Source: Clostridia bacterium | GTDB taxonomy: Bacteria; Bacillota; Clostridia; Christensenellales; Aristaeellaceae | DNA: 64,000 nt | Direction of reading: 5' to 3' | NCBI GenBank assembly: GCA_017937655.1 | Contig: JAGBDE010000009.1 | Location: 5,944 to 69,943, forward strand | In this document: piece after piece, positions 47,079-56,584 of the stretch | Layout of the letters: each line of letters begins with the position of its first letter | How positions within the stretch are numbered: the first letter of the stretch is position 1 | Translations under genes and position numbers: made by a program | The notes under the pieces: generated by a model | The model's input: only the letters and a program-made list of their open reading frames with translations | Database searches by the model: none | What the model was told of the DNA's origin: nothing

Positions 47079-47518
47079 TGCTCCCTGTACCTCCTTTTGA
47101 TCTCAGCAAAACACCGCCTGGACACGCTTTCCTTTCTGCCGCAGCGGAACACCGCATCCACCGCGCCGCTGAACCCGGAGGTGAAGCGCACCAGATGCTT
47201 CTCGTTGGCCAGGGCGGATTTGCTGATGCGGATAAAGCTGGCGGGCAGCATTTCCTCCAGCTCGTAAAGCCGCTGCCGCAAGCGATAGCTTTCCCCTTTC
47301 CCGTCCACGGCAAAGGTTTTGCCGTTCTCCATCATGATGTACTCAATGTCCTCATATTTCAGGATCCGCCAATCGTCCTCCGTAAAGGCCTGCAGATGGT
47401 CCTCCCCGGCGGCCTGATTGACCAGCGCCTCGATCTGGTCCGTCAGCTCCGACCTCTGGTGGGCGGTAACCACCACGGTCTCCGGCTTTGTTTGATCTAT
47501 TTCCAGTTGAAACTTCAC
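47075..47518 (-). CDS. LytTR family DNA-binding protein (no receiver domain)
   Basis: The C-terminal FIRISKSALANEKHLVRF is LytTR-like. The GTG at 47518 has AAAGGAGG 7 nt upstream. Confidence 0.7.
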   Translation of the reverse strand: MKFQLEIDQTKPETVVVTAHQRSELTDQIEALVNQAAGEDHLQAFTEDDWRILKYEDIEYIMMENGKTFAVDGKGESYRLRQRLYELEEMLPASFIRISKSALANEKHLVRFTSGFSGAVDAVFRCGRKESVSRRCFAEIKRRYREQ

Positions 47519-47653
47519 TTGGTTTCCTCCTTTCGTTTCCGCAAACACAGCATAGCACATTCTTCTCCGCCTGTCACAAAAAAACGGTCAACGGTCAAAA
47601 ACGGGAACCCACCGGCAGAAAAAAACCCCGCCCGGGCCGGGCAGGGAGGCGTT

Positions 47654-48895
47654 TTACTTGTGGTTGCGGTTGGGGCCGCGAAGCAGATCGCCCTTTCCCA
47701 CAGGGAAGGGGAAGGTCACCCGGAGCAGGGTTCCCGCCACGCTGGCGGTGTTCACGCTCTCGCCGGTCTCCTCCAGCGCCATGTCCCTGACCTCAAAGGG
47801 ATGAGAACCGGTGGGGGTCAAGGCTTCCAGGGTGTCGCCCACATAGAAGCGGTTTTTCAGGCGGATCAGCGCCGGCTGCCCGGCAGGGGCGTCCTCGATG
47901 ATATCGCCCACGTATTCCATGGTCTGGACGAAGCCCTCGGCTCCGGCGGCAGGCTCCGGCATGCCGAAGTAGAAGCCGGTGTTGCTGAGGCGGTGGCTGG
48001 CTTTTTCCAGCTCGGTCATCATGTCCGGCACGGCGGCGCGGAAGGCTTCCTCGCCCTCCTTTTCCAGCAGATCCAGCGCCCGGCGGTATACGCTCACCAC
48101 CGACGCCACGTAATAGGCGGTCTTCATCCGGCCCTCAATTTTCAGGCTGACCACGCCCGCCTTTTGCAGCTCCGGCAGATGAGGCAGCATGCAAAGGTCG
48201 TAGGCGGAAAGCAGGTAGGTGCCCCGCTCGTCCTCCATGATGGGGTAGTATTCCCCGGGCCGCTTTTCCTCCATCAGGTAGTAGCCCCAGCGGCAGGGCT
48301 GGGCGCAGGCGCCCCGGTTGCCGCTCCGGCCCATGATGGCGGTGGAAAGCAGGCAGCGGCCGCTGTAGCTGACGCACATGGCCCCGTGGACAAAGGCTTC
48401 CATTTCCAGGGTTTGGGGCAGCTTTTCATGCATGGCGGCAATGTCCTGGAGGCTCAGCTCCCGGGACAGCACAATCCGCTCCACCCCGGCGGACTTGTGC
48501 AGATGCACCGCCGTGGGGGTGTTCATCACATTGGCCTGGGTGGACACGTGAATGGGCAGCTCCGGCACTTTCTCGTGGAGCAGCAGGCATGCGCCCATAT
48601 CGCTGACGATGGCTGCGTCCACGCCGCAGGCTTTGGCCTGGCGAGCCGCCTCCACAAAGCCGTCCAGCTCCTCGTCCTTGAGCAGGGAGTTCATGGTGAC
48701 GTAAAACTTGACGCCGTGGGCATGGGCATAGTCGCAGGCAAATTTCAGTTCTTCCAGGTCAAAGTTGCCGGCAAAGGCCCTCAGGCCGTACTGCCGCATG
48801 CCGCCGTACACCGCGTCCGCGCCAAAGCGCACCGCCGCGTACAGCTGCTCCATCTTACCCACAGGGGCAAGCAGTTCCATCTTTCGTGTGTTCAT
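47654..48895 (-). CDS. Peptidase U32 family protein (YrrO/RlhA-TrhP-like)
   Basis: ELLAPVG, ADAVYGG, IHVSTQANV and the Cys-rich GACAQPCRW. It follows mltG as in Bacillus yrrL-yrrO. Confidence 0.85.
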   Translation of the reverse strand: MNTRKMELLAPVGKMEQLYAAVRFGADAVYGGMRQYGLRAFAGNFDLEELKFACDYAHAHGVKFYVTMNSLLKDEELDGFVEAARQAKACGVDAAIVSDMGACLLLHEKVPELPIHVSTQANVMNTPTAVHLHKSAGVERIVLSRELSLQDIAAMHEKLPQTLEMEAFVHGAMCVSYSGRCLLSTAIMGRSGNRGACAQPCRWGYYLMEEKRPGEYYPIMEDERGTYLLSAYDLCMLPHLPELQKAGVVSLKIEGRMKTAYYVASVVSVYRRALDLLEKEGEEAFRAAVPDMMTELEKASHRLSNTGFYFGMPEPAAGAEGFVQTMEYVGDIIEDAPAGQPALIRLKNRFYVGDTLEALTPTGSHPFEVRDMALEETGESVNTASVAGTLLRVTFPFPVGKGDLLRGPNRNHK

Positions 48896-48898
48896 CGG

Positions 48899-50083
48899 TT
48901 ACATACCCCGTTCCTGGTCATAGGCCTGCCACAGCGGCGCATAGATGGACACGGCCTGCTCGTGCTCCTCCAGCGTGCGGGAGAAGTACAATTCACCGGT
49001 GTCCGGATCCTTGGAGCAGAAATACAGATACTTTTCCGCCACATAGCTCTCGTCCGGGTACAGGGCGGCGTGAATGGCCTCCGGCGAGGGATTGCAGATG
49101 GGGCCCACAGGCAGGCCCGGCACCGAGTAGGTGTTGTAGGGGGACTCCACCGCCAGGTCGCTGCCCCGGAGGCTCATGCGCCTTTCGCCGGTAACGTAGT
49201 GGATGGTGGGGTCGCTCTGGAGCTTCATGCCCGTCTTCAGGCGGTTGTGGAACACGGCGGATACCTTGGCAAAGTCGCCCTTCTTGCCTTCCTTCTCAAT
49301 CATGGAAGCCAGCGTCAGCACCTCGTCCATGGTCATGCCCAGTTCCTCCGCCCGGGCCTGCCACTCCGCGCTGAACACGTAGTCCGTCTGGTCCAGCAGC
49401 TTTTTCACAATCTGCAGGGGCGACGCATCCAGGTAGATCTCGTAGGTATTGGGGGCCAGGTAGCCCTCCAGCAGGTATTTGCGGCCCGTGGCATGGCCCT
49501 GGGCCTCCTGGATGAAGTAGTAATCGGTCACGCCCTCGCCGGTGCGGCAGAGGGTGAGGAATTCCTCGTTGGAAGTGAACACGCCCTTGGCCACCAGGTA
49601 GCTGGCCACATCCTCGATGGTATTGCCAGGGATGATGGTGATGTCCATGGTGAGGGGCTGGCCGTCGCCGGTAGTGAGCAGCTCGGCAATTTCAAACATG
49701 TCCATGCTCCGGGTGACGATGTAGTCCCCCGCCTGAATCTTCTGGCCCATGCCGGCAAAGTCACAGTAGTACTTAAACACGGAGCTGTTGTGGATAAGCC
49801 CCGCGCTTTCCAGGTTCCGGGAGACCCGGCTCAGGCTGCTGCCGCTTTCCACGGAAAAAGCGATTTCCGTGTTGTCCGCCGCATCCACCGGATCCAGATA
49901 GTTCTTCTTGAGGCTCATATAGGCCCCGGACAGGACGCCGAACACGATGAGCAGCGCGCAAAGGCCAATCAGCACCGGCCGGAGGATGTTCCAAAGGCCG
50001 CTGTACCAATAGAAGCCGTATTTCCGCTCGTCCCGGAGCTGCTCGTAATCATAAATTTTCTGGTTATCACGCCTGCTTGCCAA
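48899..50083 (-). CDS. mltG: Endolytic murein transglycosylase MltG (YceG family)
   Basis: N-terminal TM, LASMIEKEG, VFHNRL, LQSDPT and YNTY motifs. The TTG start has AGGGGG upstream. Confidence 0.9.
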   Translation of the reverse strand: MASRRDNQKIYDYEQLRDERKYGFYWYSGLWNILRPVLIGLCALLIVFGVLSGAYMSLKKNYLDPVDAADNTEIAFSVESGSSLSRVSRNLESAGLIHNSSVFKYYCDFAGMGQKIQAGDYIVTRSMDMFEIAELLTTGDGQPLTMDITIIPGNTIEDVASYLVAKGVFTSNEEFLTLCRTGEGVTDYYFIQEAQGHATGRKYLLEGYLAPNTYEIYLDASPLQIVKKLLDQTDYVFSAEWQARAEELGMTMDEVLTLASMIEKEGKKGDFAKVSAVFHNRLKTGMKLQSDPTIHYVTGERRMSLRGSDLAVESPYNTYSVPGLPVGPICNPSPEAIHAALYPDESYVAEKYLYFCSKDPDTGELYFSRTLEEHEQAVSIYAPLWQAYDQERGM

Positions 50084-50110
50084 ACTGTTTCCCCCTAAAT
50101 GGATGTTTTG

Positions 50111-50461
50111 TCAGGAAATGGGTACGTCCAGCCCCACTTCCTGGGTAATGCGTTCCAACAGACCCGCCACCAGCTTCTGCACCTTCATCTTGGCCAGAAG
50201 ATAGTCGGTCAGAAGATCGTCCGCATACAAAAGGGCGCTCAGCCTTTCGAAGGCCTCCACGTCCTCCTGCCGGGGCTCCATGCCCGCCAGCGCCGCCATC
50301 TGCAGCCCGGACTGGGCCTGGGAATAACGCCGCAAAAGCGCCCGGCTTTCCGCGTCCCCCATCACGCTCTCCCGGAGGGCCTGGTACTCCCGGTAGGTCT
50401 CCGTCTCCCGGATGGCCGCCATCAGCTGATCCGCCGCCCGGTTCACCTCAGGAAAATCCAC
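50111..50461 (-). CDS. YlbF/YmcA family protein
   Basis: 116 aa, helical. AADQLMAAIRETETYREYQAL is typical of the Com_YlbF family. Confidence 0.6.
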   Translation of the reverse strand: MDFPEVNRAADQLMAAIRETETYREYQALRESVMGDAESRALLRRYSQAQSGLQMAALAGMEPRQEDVEAFERLSALLYADDLLTDYLLAKMKVQKLVAGLLERITQEVGLDVPIS

Positions 50462-50608
50462 CTGTCATCCCTCCTCAAATGGGTTTCTATTAGTATAACG
50501 CAAAACAGAGAAAATTTCATTCCCTATTTTCACAAAGCCCCTGGCAGGTCATACCATCCCCCCGGCAAGCATATCCCTAAACAGCAATGCACAGGGAGGA
50601 GTATGACA

Positions 50609-52093
50609 ATGAGCGAGCAAACCTTTGATCTTTACAGGGACATCGCCATGCGGACGGAGGGCGATATTTACATCGGCGTGGTGGGGCCTGTGCGCACGGG
50701 CAAGAGCACCCTCATCAGCCGGATGATGGAGCACCTGGTTCTGGGCGACATGCCCGACGGCCCCCGGAAGGACCGCCTGTCCGATGAGCTGCCCCAGAGC
50801 GGCAGCGGCAGAACCATCATGACCACCCAGCCCAAGTTTGTGCCCGGCGAGGCGGTAACCGTCTCCCTGGACGACCAAACCAGCGTCCGGGTACGGATGG
50901 TGGACAGCGTGGGCTATCTGGTGGACGGTGCGCTGGGCACGGAGGAGGACGGCGCGTCCCGGATGGTGCACACCCCCTGGTACGACTACGACATTCCCTT
51001 TGAACAGGCGGCGGAGATCGGCACCCGGCGGGTGATTCAGGATCATGCCACCATCGGCCTGGTGGTCACCACCGACGGCACCATCACGGACATCCCCCGG
51101 GAGAAATACCAGGAGCCGGAAGAGCGGGTGGTGAAGGAACTCAAGCAGCTGGGCAAGCCCTTCATCCTCATCCTGAACAGCCGCCAGCCCATGAGCGACG
51201 AAGCCCAGAAGCTGAAAAAACGCCTCAGCGAACGGTACGGCGTGCCGGCCCTGTGCATGAACGTAAAGGAAATGACCCTGGCCGATATCCAGCAGGTGTT
51301 TGAAGAAGTTCTCTACCAATTTCCCCTGCGGGAGATCCGCCTGACGGTTCCCGGCTGGCTCCACGCCCTGGACGAAAGCCACTGGCTGGTGGATCATGTG
51401 CTGAAAAACGTCCAGGCCGCCGGCGAGAGCGTCAGCTGCATGCGGGATCACCAGCAGTTTGCAACCGCCTTTGCGGAAAGCCCCTACTCCGACGGCCTTG
51501 TTTCCAGCGGCATCCAGCTGGGTTCCGGCAGGCTGAACTACGCCCTGCCCCTGAAGGACGGCCTGTTCAACCGCATCCTGGGCGAGGAATGCGGCACCTC
51601 CATCGAGGGCGACGCCCATCTGCTCCGGCTGATGAAGGAGCTGGTGGCCGCCAAGAGCGAATACGACCACGTCGCCCAGGCGCTGAAAAGCGTGCGGGAG
51701 ACGGGCTACGGCCTGGTGACCCCCACCATGAGCGAACTGACCCTCCAGGAGCCGGAAATTGTCCAGCAGGGCAGCCGCTTCGGTGTGCGACTCAAGGCCA
51801 ACGCCCCCAGCCTGCACCTGATCCGGGTGGACATCGAAACCGAGGTCTCCCCCGTGGTCGGCACGGAAAAGCAAAGCGAGGAGCTTGTTCGCTATCTGCT
51901 GGAGGAATTCCAGAACGACCCCCAGAGCATCTGGAACACCAACTTCTTTGGCAAAAGCCTCCACGAGCTGGTGCGGGAGGGCCTGAGCAACAAGCTGATG
52001 CGCATGCCTGTGGACGCCCAGGAAAAGGTGCAGGAGACCCTCAGCAAGATCATCAACGAGGGCAGCGGCGGCATGATCTGTATTTTGCTCTGA
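50609..52093 (+). CDS. spoIVA: Stage IV sporulation protein A
   Basis: FDLYRDIAMRTEGDIYIGVVGPVRTGKSTLISRMME matches the SpoIVA N-terminal Walker A region. About 494 aa. AGGGAGGA lies 8 nt before the ATG at 50609. Confidence 0.92.
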   Translation: MSEQTFDLYRDIAMRTEGDIYIGVVGPVRTGKSTLISRMMEHLVLGDMPDGPRKDRLSDELPQSGSGRTIMTTQPKFVPGEAVTVSLDDQTSVRVRMVDSVGYLVDGALGTEEDGASRMVHTPWYDYDIPFEQAAEIGTRRVIQDHATIGLVVTTDGTITDIPREKYQEPEERVVKELKQLGKPFILILNSRQPMSDEAQKLKKRLSERYGVPALCMNVKEMTLADIQQVFEEVLYQFPLREIRLTVPGWLHALDESHWLVDHVLKNVQAAGESVSCMRDHQQFATAFAESPYSDGLVSSGIQLGSGRLNYALPLKDGLFNRILGEECGTSIEGDAHLLRLMKELVAAKSEYDHVAQALKSVRETGYGLVTPTMSELTLQEPEIVQQGSRFGVRLKANAPSLHLIRVDIETEVSPVVGTEKQSEELVRYLLEEFQNDPQSIWNTNFFGKSLHELVREGLSNKLMRMPVDAQEKVQETLSKIINEGSGGMICILL

Positions 52094-52166
52094 GAAAATG
52101 GTTTCCATCCGGCGCAGGTTGTGCTACACTATCCTTCGGAGAACTAACGAAGGGAGTGCCGTCACC

Positions 52167-52616
52167 ATGCTGATTGCGATTTTTGGAGAGAACTGCACCG
52201 GCAAGTCCACCCTGGCAAATGTTCTGAAGCAGAAGCTGGGCGCCGCCGTCTACACCGGCAAGGACTACCTGCGCCTGGCCCGCAACGAAGCCGAGGCCCA
52301 GCAGCGGTTCCGCGCGCTGCTCCGGGAAAGCGTTTCCGCGCCGGACAGCACCATTTATATCATCAGCGAGGCCGACCACCTGGACTTCCTCCCCGCGGGA
52401 TGCATCCGGGTGCTGGTCACCGCGCCCCTGGACGATATCAAAAGCCGCTTTGCCGCCCGGATGAACGGCGTGCTTCCCGCGGCTGTGGCCAGCCGGCTGG
52501 AACGCAGCCACGGCGCCTTTGACCGGTTTCCGCATCACATTGAGATCCGCACAGGAGAGCGGCATATTCTGGAGGATTGCGCGCACATTCTGGCCCTGGT
52601 TGATGGCCGGGGGTAA
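52167..52616 (+). CDS. P-loop kinase-like protein (cytidylate-kinase-like fold), paralog of 63354..63788
   Basis: MLIAIFGENCTGKSTLANVL Walker A. About 50 % identical by eye to the 63354 protein over about 120 aa. Confidence 0.55.
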   Translation: MLIAIFGENCTGKSTLANVLKQKLGAAVYTGKDYLRLARNEAEAQQRFRALLRESVSAPDSTIYIISEADHLDFLPAGCIRVLVTAPLDDIKSRFAARMNGVLPAAVASRLERSHGAFDRFPHHIEIRTGERHILEDCAHILALVDGRG

Positions 52617-52784
52617 AGAAAATAGGATAATGAAGCCAGCTTGTGCTTGGGTGGGCATGAGCTGGTTTTCTTTTGGCACAAAAAAAGAAGACCCCTGACC
52701 TACGCCAGGGATCTTTCAATAAACAAAACCACTTGCCAAACTTCCGGGTCAGGCGGCCATAGTCATGCTCCTGGGGCTTCCTCC

Positions 52785-53672
52785 TTATTTGGTCAAATCC
52801 GGAAGCTGCTCCCGGGTGATCATCAGCGGATGATGATAGGTGGCGATCAGGTTTTCCTTGTCGTTGTCCCGGATGAAATTGCTGTGCCAGACCATGAACC
52901 AGCCCCACAGGCACTTGTCCTTCACGTAGTCGTCGGGGCGGGGCATGTTTCCGCATTCGTGGAACACCAGCGGCCGACGGGTCAGCCGGTAAGGCCACAG
53001 CTTTTTCCAGGCGGCCTGGTGGGTGGTGCCGTCGTACACGTCGGAACCCACGATGTCCCAATACCGGAGGCCGGGATGCCAGCCCTTCTTCATCAGGTGG
53101 GAATAGCCCAGCACCCAGATCAGGTTGTCCAGGCCGAACTTGCGGGTGAAGCGGTCGTGCATCATCCTCCACAGGCGGATGAAGGTTTTGGCGGTGTCCT
53201 TGCCCCACCAGAACCAGCCGCCGTCAAACTCGTGGAAGGGCCGCCAGATCACCGGCACGTTCTGGTTCTTCAATTCCAGCAAAGCATTGGCCGCCCGGTC
53301 CCAACTTTCCAGCATCTTCTCCTGCTCCGGGGTACCCGGGGTCAACAGTTTTTCAAAATCCGGCTGATCGTTCTGGGAATCCCGGTAGCCGCCGCCGTTC
53401 ACGCCGCAATGCCAGCAGATGGTCACAATGCCCCCCTGCCGCCACCATTCCACAGCGCGCTGGTTCACGCCGGCAAAATCGTCATGGATGTAGTCCAGGC
53501 CGCGGATGGCGGGATAGCAGCCTGTTACTTCTTTGACGTACTCCACTTCCTCGTCATGCCGGCCCCGGCAAGGCGTTTCCTGCTGGCCGGTGAGCATTTT
53601 TTTGCCATAATTTTCACACAAAAATTCATAAAGGTGTTTCGTGACCGGGTTCATATGGGTATAATGGTTCAT
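52785..53672 (-). CDS. Glycoside hydrolase family 26 (beta-mannanase-like), cytoplasmic
   Basis: VIWRPFHEFDGGWFWWG is the GH26 signature around the acid/base Glu. The second Glu lies in VFHECGN. Confidence 0.8.
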   Translation of the reverse strand: MNHYTHMNPVTKHLYEFLCENYGKKMLTGQQETPCRGRHDEEVEYVKEVTGCYPAIRGLDYIHDDFAGVNQRAVEWWRQGGIVTICWHCGVNGGGYRDSQNDQPDFEKLLTPGTPEQEKMLESWDRAANALLELKNQNVPVIWRPFHEFDGGWFWWGKDTAKTFIRLWRMMHDRFTRKFGLDNLIWVLGYSHLMKKGWHPGLRYWDIVGSDVYDGTTHQAAWKKLWPYRLTRRPLVFHECGNMPRPDDYVKDKCLWGWFMVWHSNFIRDNDKENLIATYHHPLMITREQLPDLTK

Positions 53673-53796
53673 GTAGGGTTCCTCCTTGGCAGCGTCGTCT
53701 GTTCATTGGCCCTCCCTGCATAATTTCCGTCATTATATCACAACCTTGGGCTTTGACAAGCCGCCCGGGCAAGAAAATTTGAAAGGAAGTACCACC

Positions 53797-55590
53797 ATGA
53801 AAATCACCGACAGCATCCTCTACATTGGCGTAAACGACCACGATGTGGACCTTTTTGAAGGCCAGTATCCCGTGCCCAACGGCATGGCCTACAATTCCTA
53901 TGTCATTATGGATGAAAAGATCGCGGTGATGGACACGGTGGACGTGCATTTCACCCACGAATGGCTGGACAAGCTGTCCGCGGCCCTTGGCGGCCGTCAG
54001 CCTGACTACCTGATCGTCCAGCACATGGAGCCGGATCATTCCGCCAACATTCTGCACTTCATGCGCAGCTATCCCGGCGCCAAGCTGGTGGCCAGCGCCA
54101 AGGCCCACACCATGATGAACCAGTTCTTCGGCGCGGACAAGCTGCCGGAAGAGCGCATCACCATCAAGGAGGGCGATACCCTGGATCTGGGCCAGCACAA
54201 GCTGCGCTTTGTGGCGGCCCCCATGGTGCACTGGCCCGAGGTCATGATGACCTACGACGAAACCGACAAGGTGTTTTTCTCCGCCGACGCCTTTGGCAAG
54301 TTCGGCGCGCTGGACGTGGAAGAAGAATGGGACTGCGAGGCCCGGCGGTACTATTTTGGCATCGTGGGCAAGTACGGCGCCCAGGTGCAGAACCTGCTGA
54401 AAAAGGCCGCAAACCTGGACATTCAGATCATCTGCCCCCTGCACGGCCCGGTACTGAAAGAAAATCTGGCCCATTACCTGGGCCTGTATCAGACCTGGTC
54501 CAGCTATGAGGTGGAAAGCGAAGGCATCATGATCGCCTACACCTCCGTGTACGGCGGCACCCGCCGGGCGGTGGAGCTGCTCAAGGAGAAGCTGGAAGCC
54601 CGGGGCTGCCCCAAGGTCGTCCTCTGCGACCTGGCCCGGGACGAGATGACCGAAGCCGTGGAGGACGCCTTCCGCTACGGCAAGCTGGTGCTGGCCACCA
54701 CCACCTACAACGCAGACATCTTCCCCTTCATGCGCACCTTCATTGACCACCTGACCGAGCGCAACTACCAGAAGCGCACCATCGGCCTGATCGAGAATGG
54801 CTCCTGGGCCCCCATGGCCGCCAAGATCATGAAGGAAATGCTTTCCGAATGCAAGGACATCAACTGGCTGAACTCCGGCGTGCGCATCCTTTCCGCCCTG
54901 AACGCGGACAGCATGGCTCAGCTGGATGAAATGGCCGACGAACTCTGCATGGACTACAGCGCCATGTCCGACGAGCTGGCGGACAAGCACGACATGACCG
55001 CCCTGTTCAAGATCGGCTATGGATTGTACGTGGTTACCTGCAGCGATGGCAAGCGGGACAACGGCCTCATCGTCAACACGGTCACCCAGCTGACCGACCG
55101 GCCCAACCGGGTGGCGGTGACCATCAACAAGGAAAACTACTCCCATCACCTCATCCGCCAGAGCGGCAAGATGAACGTGAACTGCCTCAGCGTGGACGCG
55201 CCCTTCTCCGTGTTCGAGGCCTTTGGCTTCCGGAGCGGCCGCACGGTGAACAAGTTTGAAAACTGCTCACCCCTGCGTTCCGAGAACGGCCTGGTGTTCC
55301 TGCCCAAGTACATCAACGCCATGCTTTCCCTCCAGGTAGAAAACTACGTGGATCTGGGCACCCACGGCATGTTCATCTGCGCCGTCACCGAGGCCCGGGT
55401 CATCAGCGACCGGGAGTCCATGACCTACGCTTACTACCATGCCAACGTCAAGCCCAAGCCCCAGACCGAGGGCAAGAAAGGCTTCGTCTGCAAGATCTGC
55501 GGCTACATCTACGAGGGCGACGTCCTCCCCGACGACTTCATCTGCCCCCTCTGCAAGCACGGCGCAGCGGATTTCGAGCCGATTCAGTAA
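53797..55590 (+). CDS. Multidomain flavodiiron protein: metallo-beta-lactamase-like diiron + flavodoxin + flavin-reductase-like + C-terminal rubredoxin
   Basis: HMEPDHSANI diiron motif, a flavodoxin segment IMIAYTSVYGGT, a flavin reductase-like segment GLYVVTCSDGKRDNGLIVNTVTQ, and rubredoxin CKICGY...CPLCKH. Confidence 0.85.
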   Translation: MKITDSILYIGVNDHDVDLFEGQYPVPNGMAYNSYVIMDEKIAVMDTVDVHFTHEWLDKLSAALGGRQPDYLIVQHMEPDHSANILHFMRSYPGAKLVASAKAHTMMNQFFGADKLPEERITIKEGDTLDLGQHKLRFVAAPMVHWPEVMMTYDETDKVFFSADAFGKFGALDVEEEWDCEARRYYFGIVGKYGAQVQNLLKKAANLDIQIICPLHGPVLKENLAHYLGLYQTWSSYEVESEGIMIAYTSVYGGTRRAVELLKEKLEARGCPKVVLCDLARDEMTEAVEDAFRYGKLVLATTTYNADIFPFMRTFIDHLTERNYQKRTIGLIENGSWAPMAAKIMKEMLSECKDINWLNSGVRILSALNADSMAQLDEMADELCMDYSAMSDELADKHDMTALFKIGYGLYVVTCSDGKRDNGLIVNTVTQLTDRPNRVAVTINKENYSHHLIRQSGKMNVNCLSVDAPFSVFEAFGFRSGRTVNKFENCSPLRSENGLVFLPKYINAMLSLQVENYVDLGTHGMFICAVTEARVISDRESMTYAYYHANVKPKPQTEGKKGFVCKICGYIYEGDVLPDDFICPLCKHGAADFEPIQ

Positions 55591-55597
55591 GGAGTTA

Positions 55598-55800
55598 CGG
55601 GGTTTGTGGGCTCTGCCCCTCCGGGTCGTTCAATCGTCGTGCAGGGCGCTCCCGCGCCCCGCACTCGTTTCACTCCCCATCTTCGGTTCGTTTTGTGCTT
55701 CGCACAAGTGTCCACCGGACACACACTCACCTCCGATGCCCGGCCGGGGGCGACGGAGGTTGCGGATTGATCCCCCCGGCACCCCTCGCATTTGTACATA
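55598..55800. repeat. GC-rich structured 3' UTR element after the flavodiiron gene (possible distant member of the hairpin-array family)
   Basis: Multiple hairpins (TTGTGCTTCGCACAA, GTGTCCACCGGACAC, CTCCG..CGGAG). The motif GCTCCCGCGCCCC resembles GCTCCGCGCCCC of copy 1. It lies between the stop codon and the terminator. Confidence 0.5.
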
Positions 55801-55802
55801 AA

Positions 55803-55845
55803 AAAACTGCCGCTGCCAACAACTGGCAACGGCAGTTTTTTTATT
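55803..55845. terminator. Bidirectional terminator between convergent genes
   Basis: AAAAAAACTGCCGCTGCCA-ACAAC-TGGCAACGGCAGTTTTTTT. Confidence 0.75.
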
Positions 55846-56497
55846 TTTCCGCAGGAGTTTCTCCCTCAGCGGGGTGATGGTGATCCTTGATCAGGCCCAA
55901 TGCCTTGCCGATGGGCACGTTCTGCTTCACGTAGAAGTTCAGCGCCACCAGCGTGCTGACCACCGCCAGCCAGATGACCATCAGGTCGGGGGTGAACCAG
56001 GTGGGCAGGCCGGGGCACCACTCAACGAACTTGTCGTGGAAGTAGCTCATCACCAGGCCCAGGATGAACAGGCAGTGGGCCACCTTGCCCACAATGTTGG
56101 AGTACACCACCACGCCGCTGTTGTACAGCTTGGTGGCCGCGTAGATCATGAAGCCTTCCTTGGCCATGACGATCAGCACCGCCAGCCAGGGCAGCACCCC
56201 GGGGATGTGCTTGTTGCCGATGCACATGCTCAGCATGGCGGTGACCACCATCACCTTGTCGGCCAGGGGATCCACCACCTTGCCAAAATCGGTGATGAGG
56301 TTAAACTTCCGGGCGATGGCGCCGTCCAGAAGATCCGTAAAGCAGGCCACCATGAAGGTGATCAAAGCGTGGTACTTCTTGCCCAGGGCGAAGAAAACCA
56401 CGTATACCGGCACCAGCAGCAGCCGGATGACCGACAGCACATTGGGCACGTTAAAACTCTCTTTGAAAGTGGAAATAAACAGTCTGACGAATTTCAC
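55841..56497 (-). CDS. pgsA: CDP-alcohol phosphatidyltransferase (PgsA-like)
   Basis: DLLDGAIARKFNLITDFGKVVDPLADK is the DGx2ARx8Gx3Dx3D motif. Confidence 0.8.
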   Translation of the reverse strand: MKFVRLFISTFKESFNVPNVLSVIRLLLVPVYVVFFALGKKYHALITFMVACFTDLLDGAIARKFNLITDFGKVVDPLADKVMVVTAMLSMCIGNKHIPGVLPWLAVLIVMAKEGFMIYAATKLYNSGVVVYSNIVGKVAHCLFILGLVMSYFHDKFVEWCPGLPTWFTPDLMVIWLAVVSTLVALNFYVKQNVPIGKALGLIKDHHHPAEGETPAEK

Positions 56498-56584
56498 AGC
56501 GAAAAGCCTCCTTGGGGCGTTATGCCCTTCGCTATTATAGCATTCCAGAATATGCCGTGCAAGTTTCCCGGAAAAAAACGGGAA

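Noticed and set aside
55598-55800. Possible tRNA, tmRNA or other classical RNA gene in the GC-rich intergenic blocks (also 17433..17615 and 35630..35830)
   Set aside because: No cloverleaf with T-loop GTTCRANYC or a CCA-proximal acceptor stem could be drawn. The segments are chains of simple hairpins.
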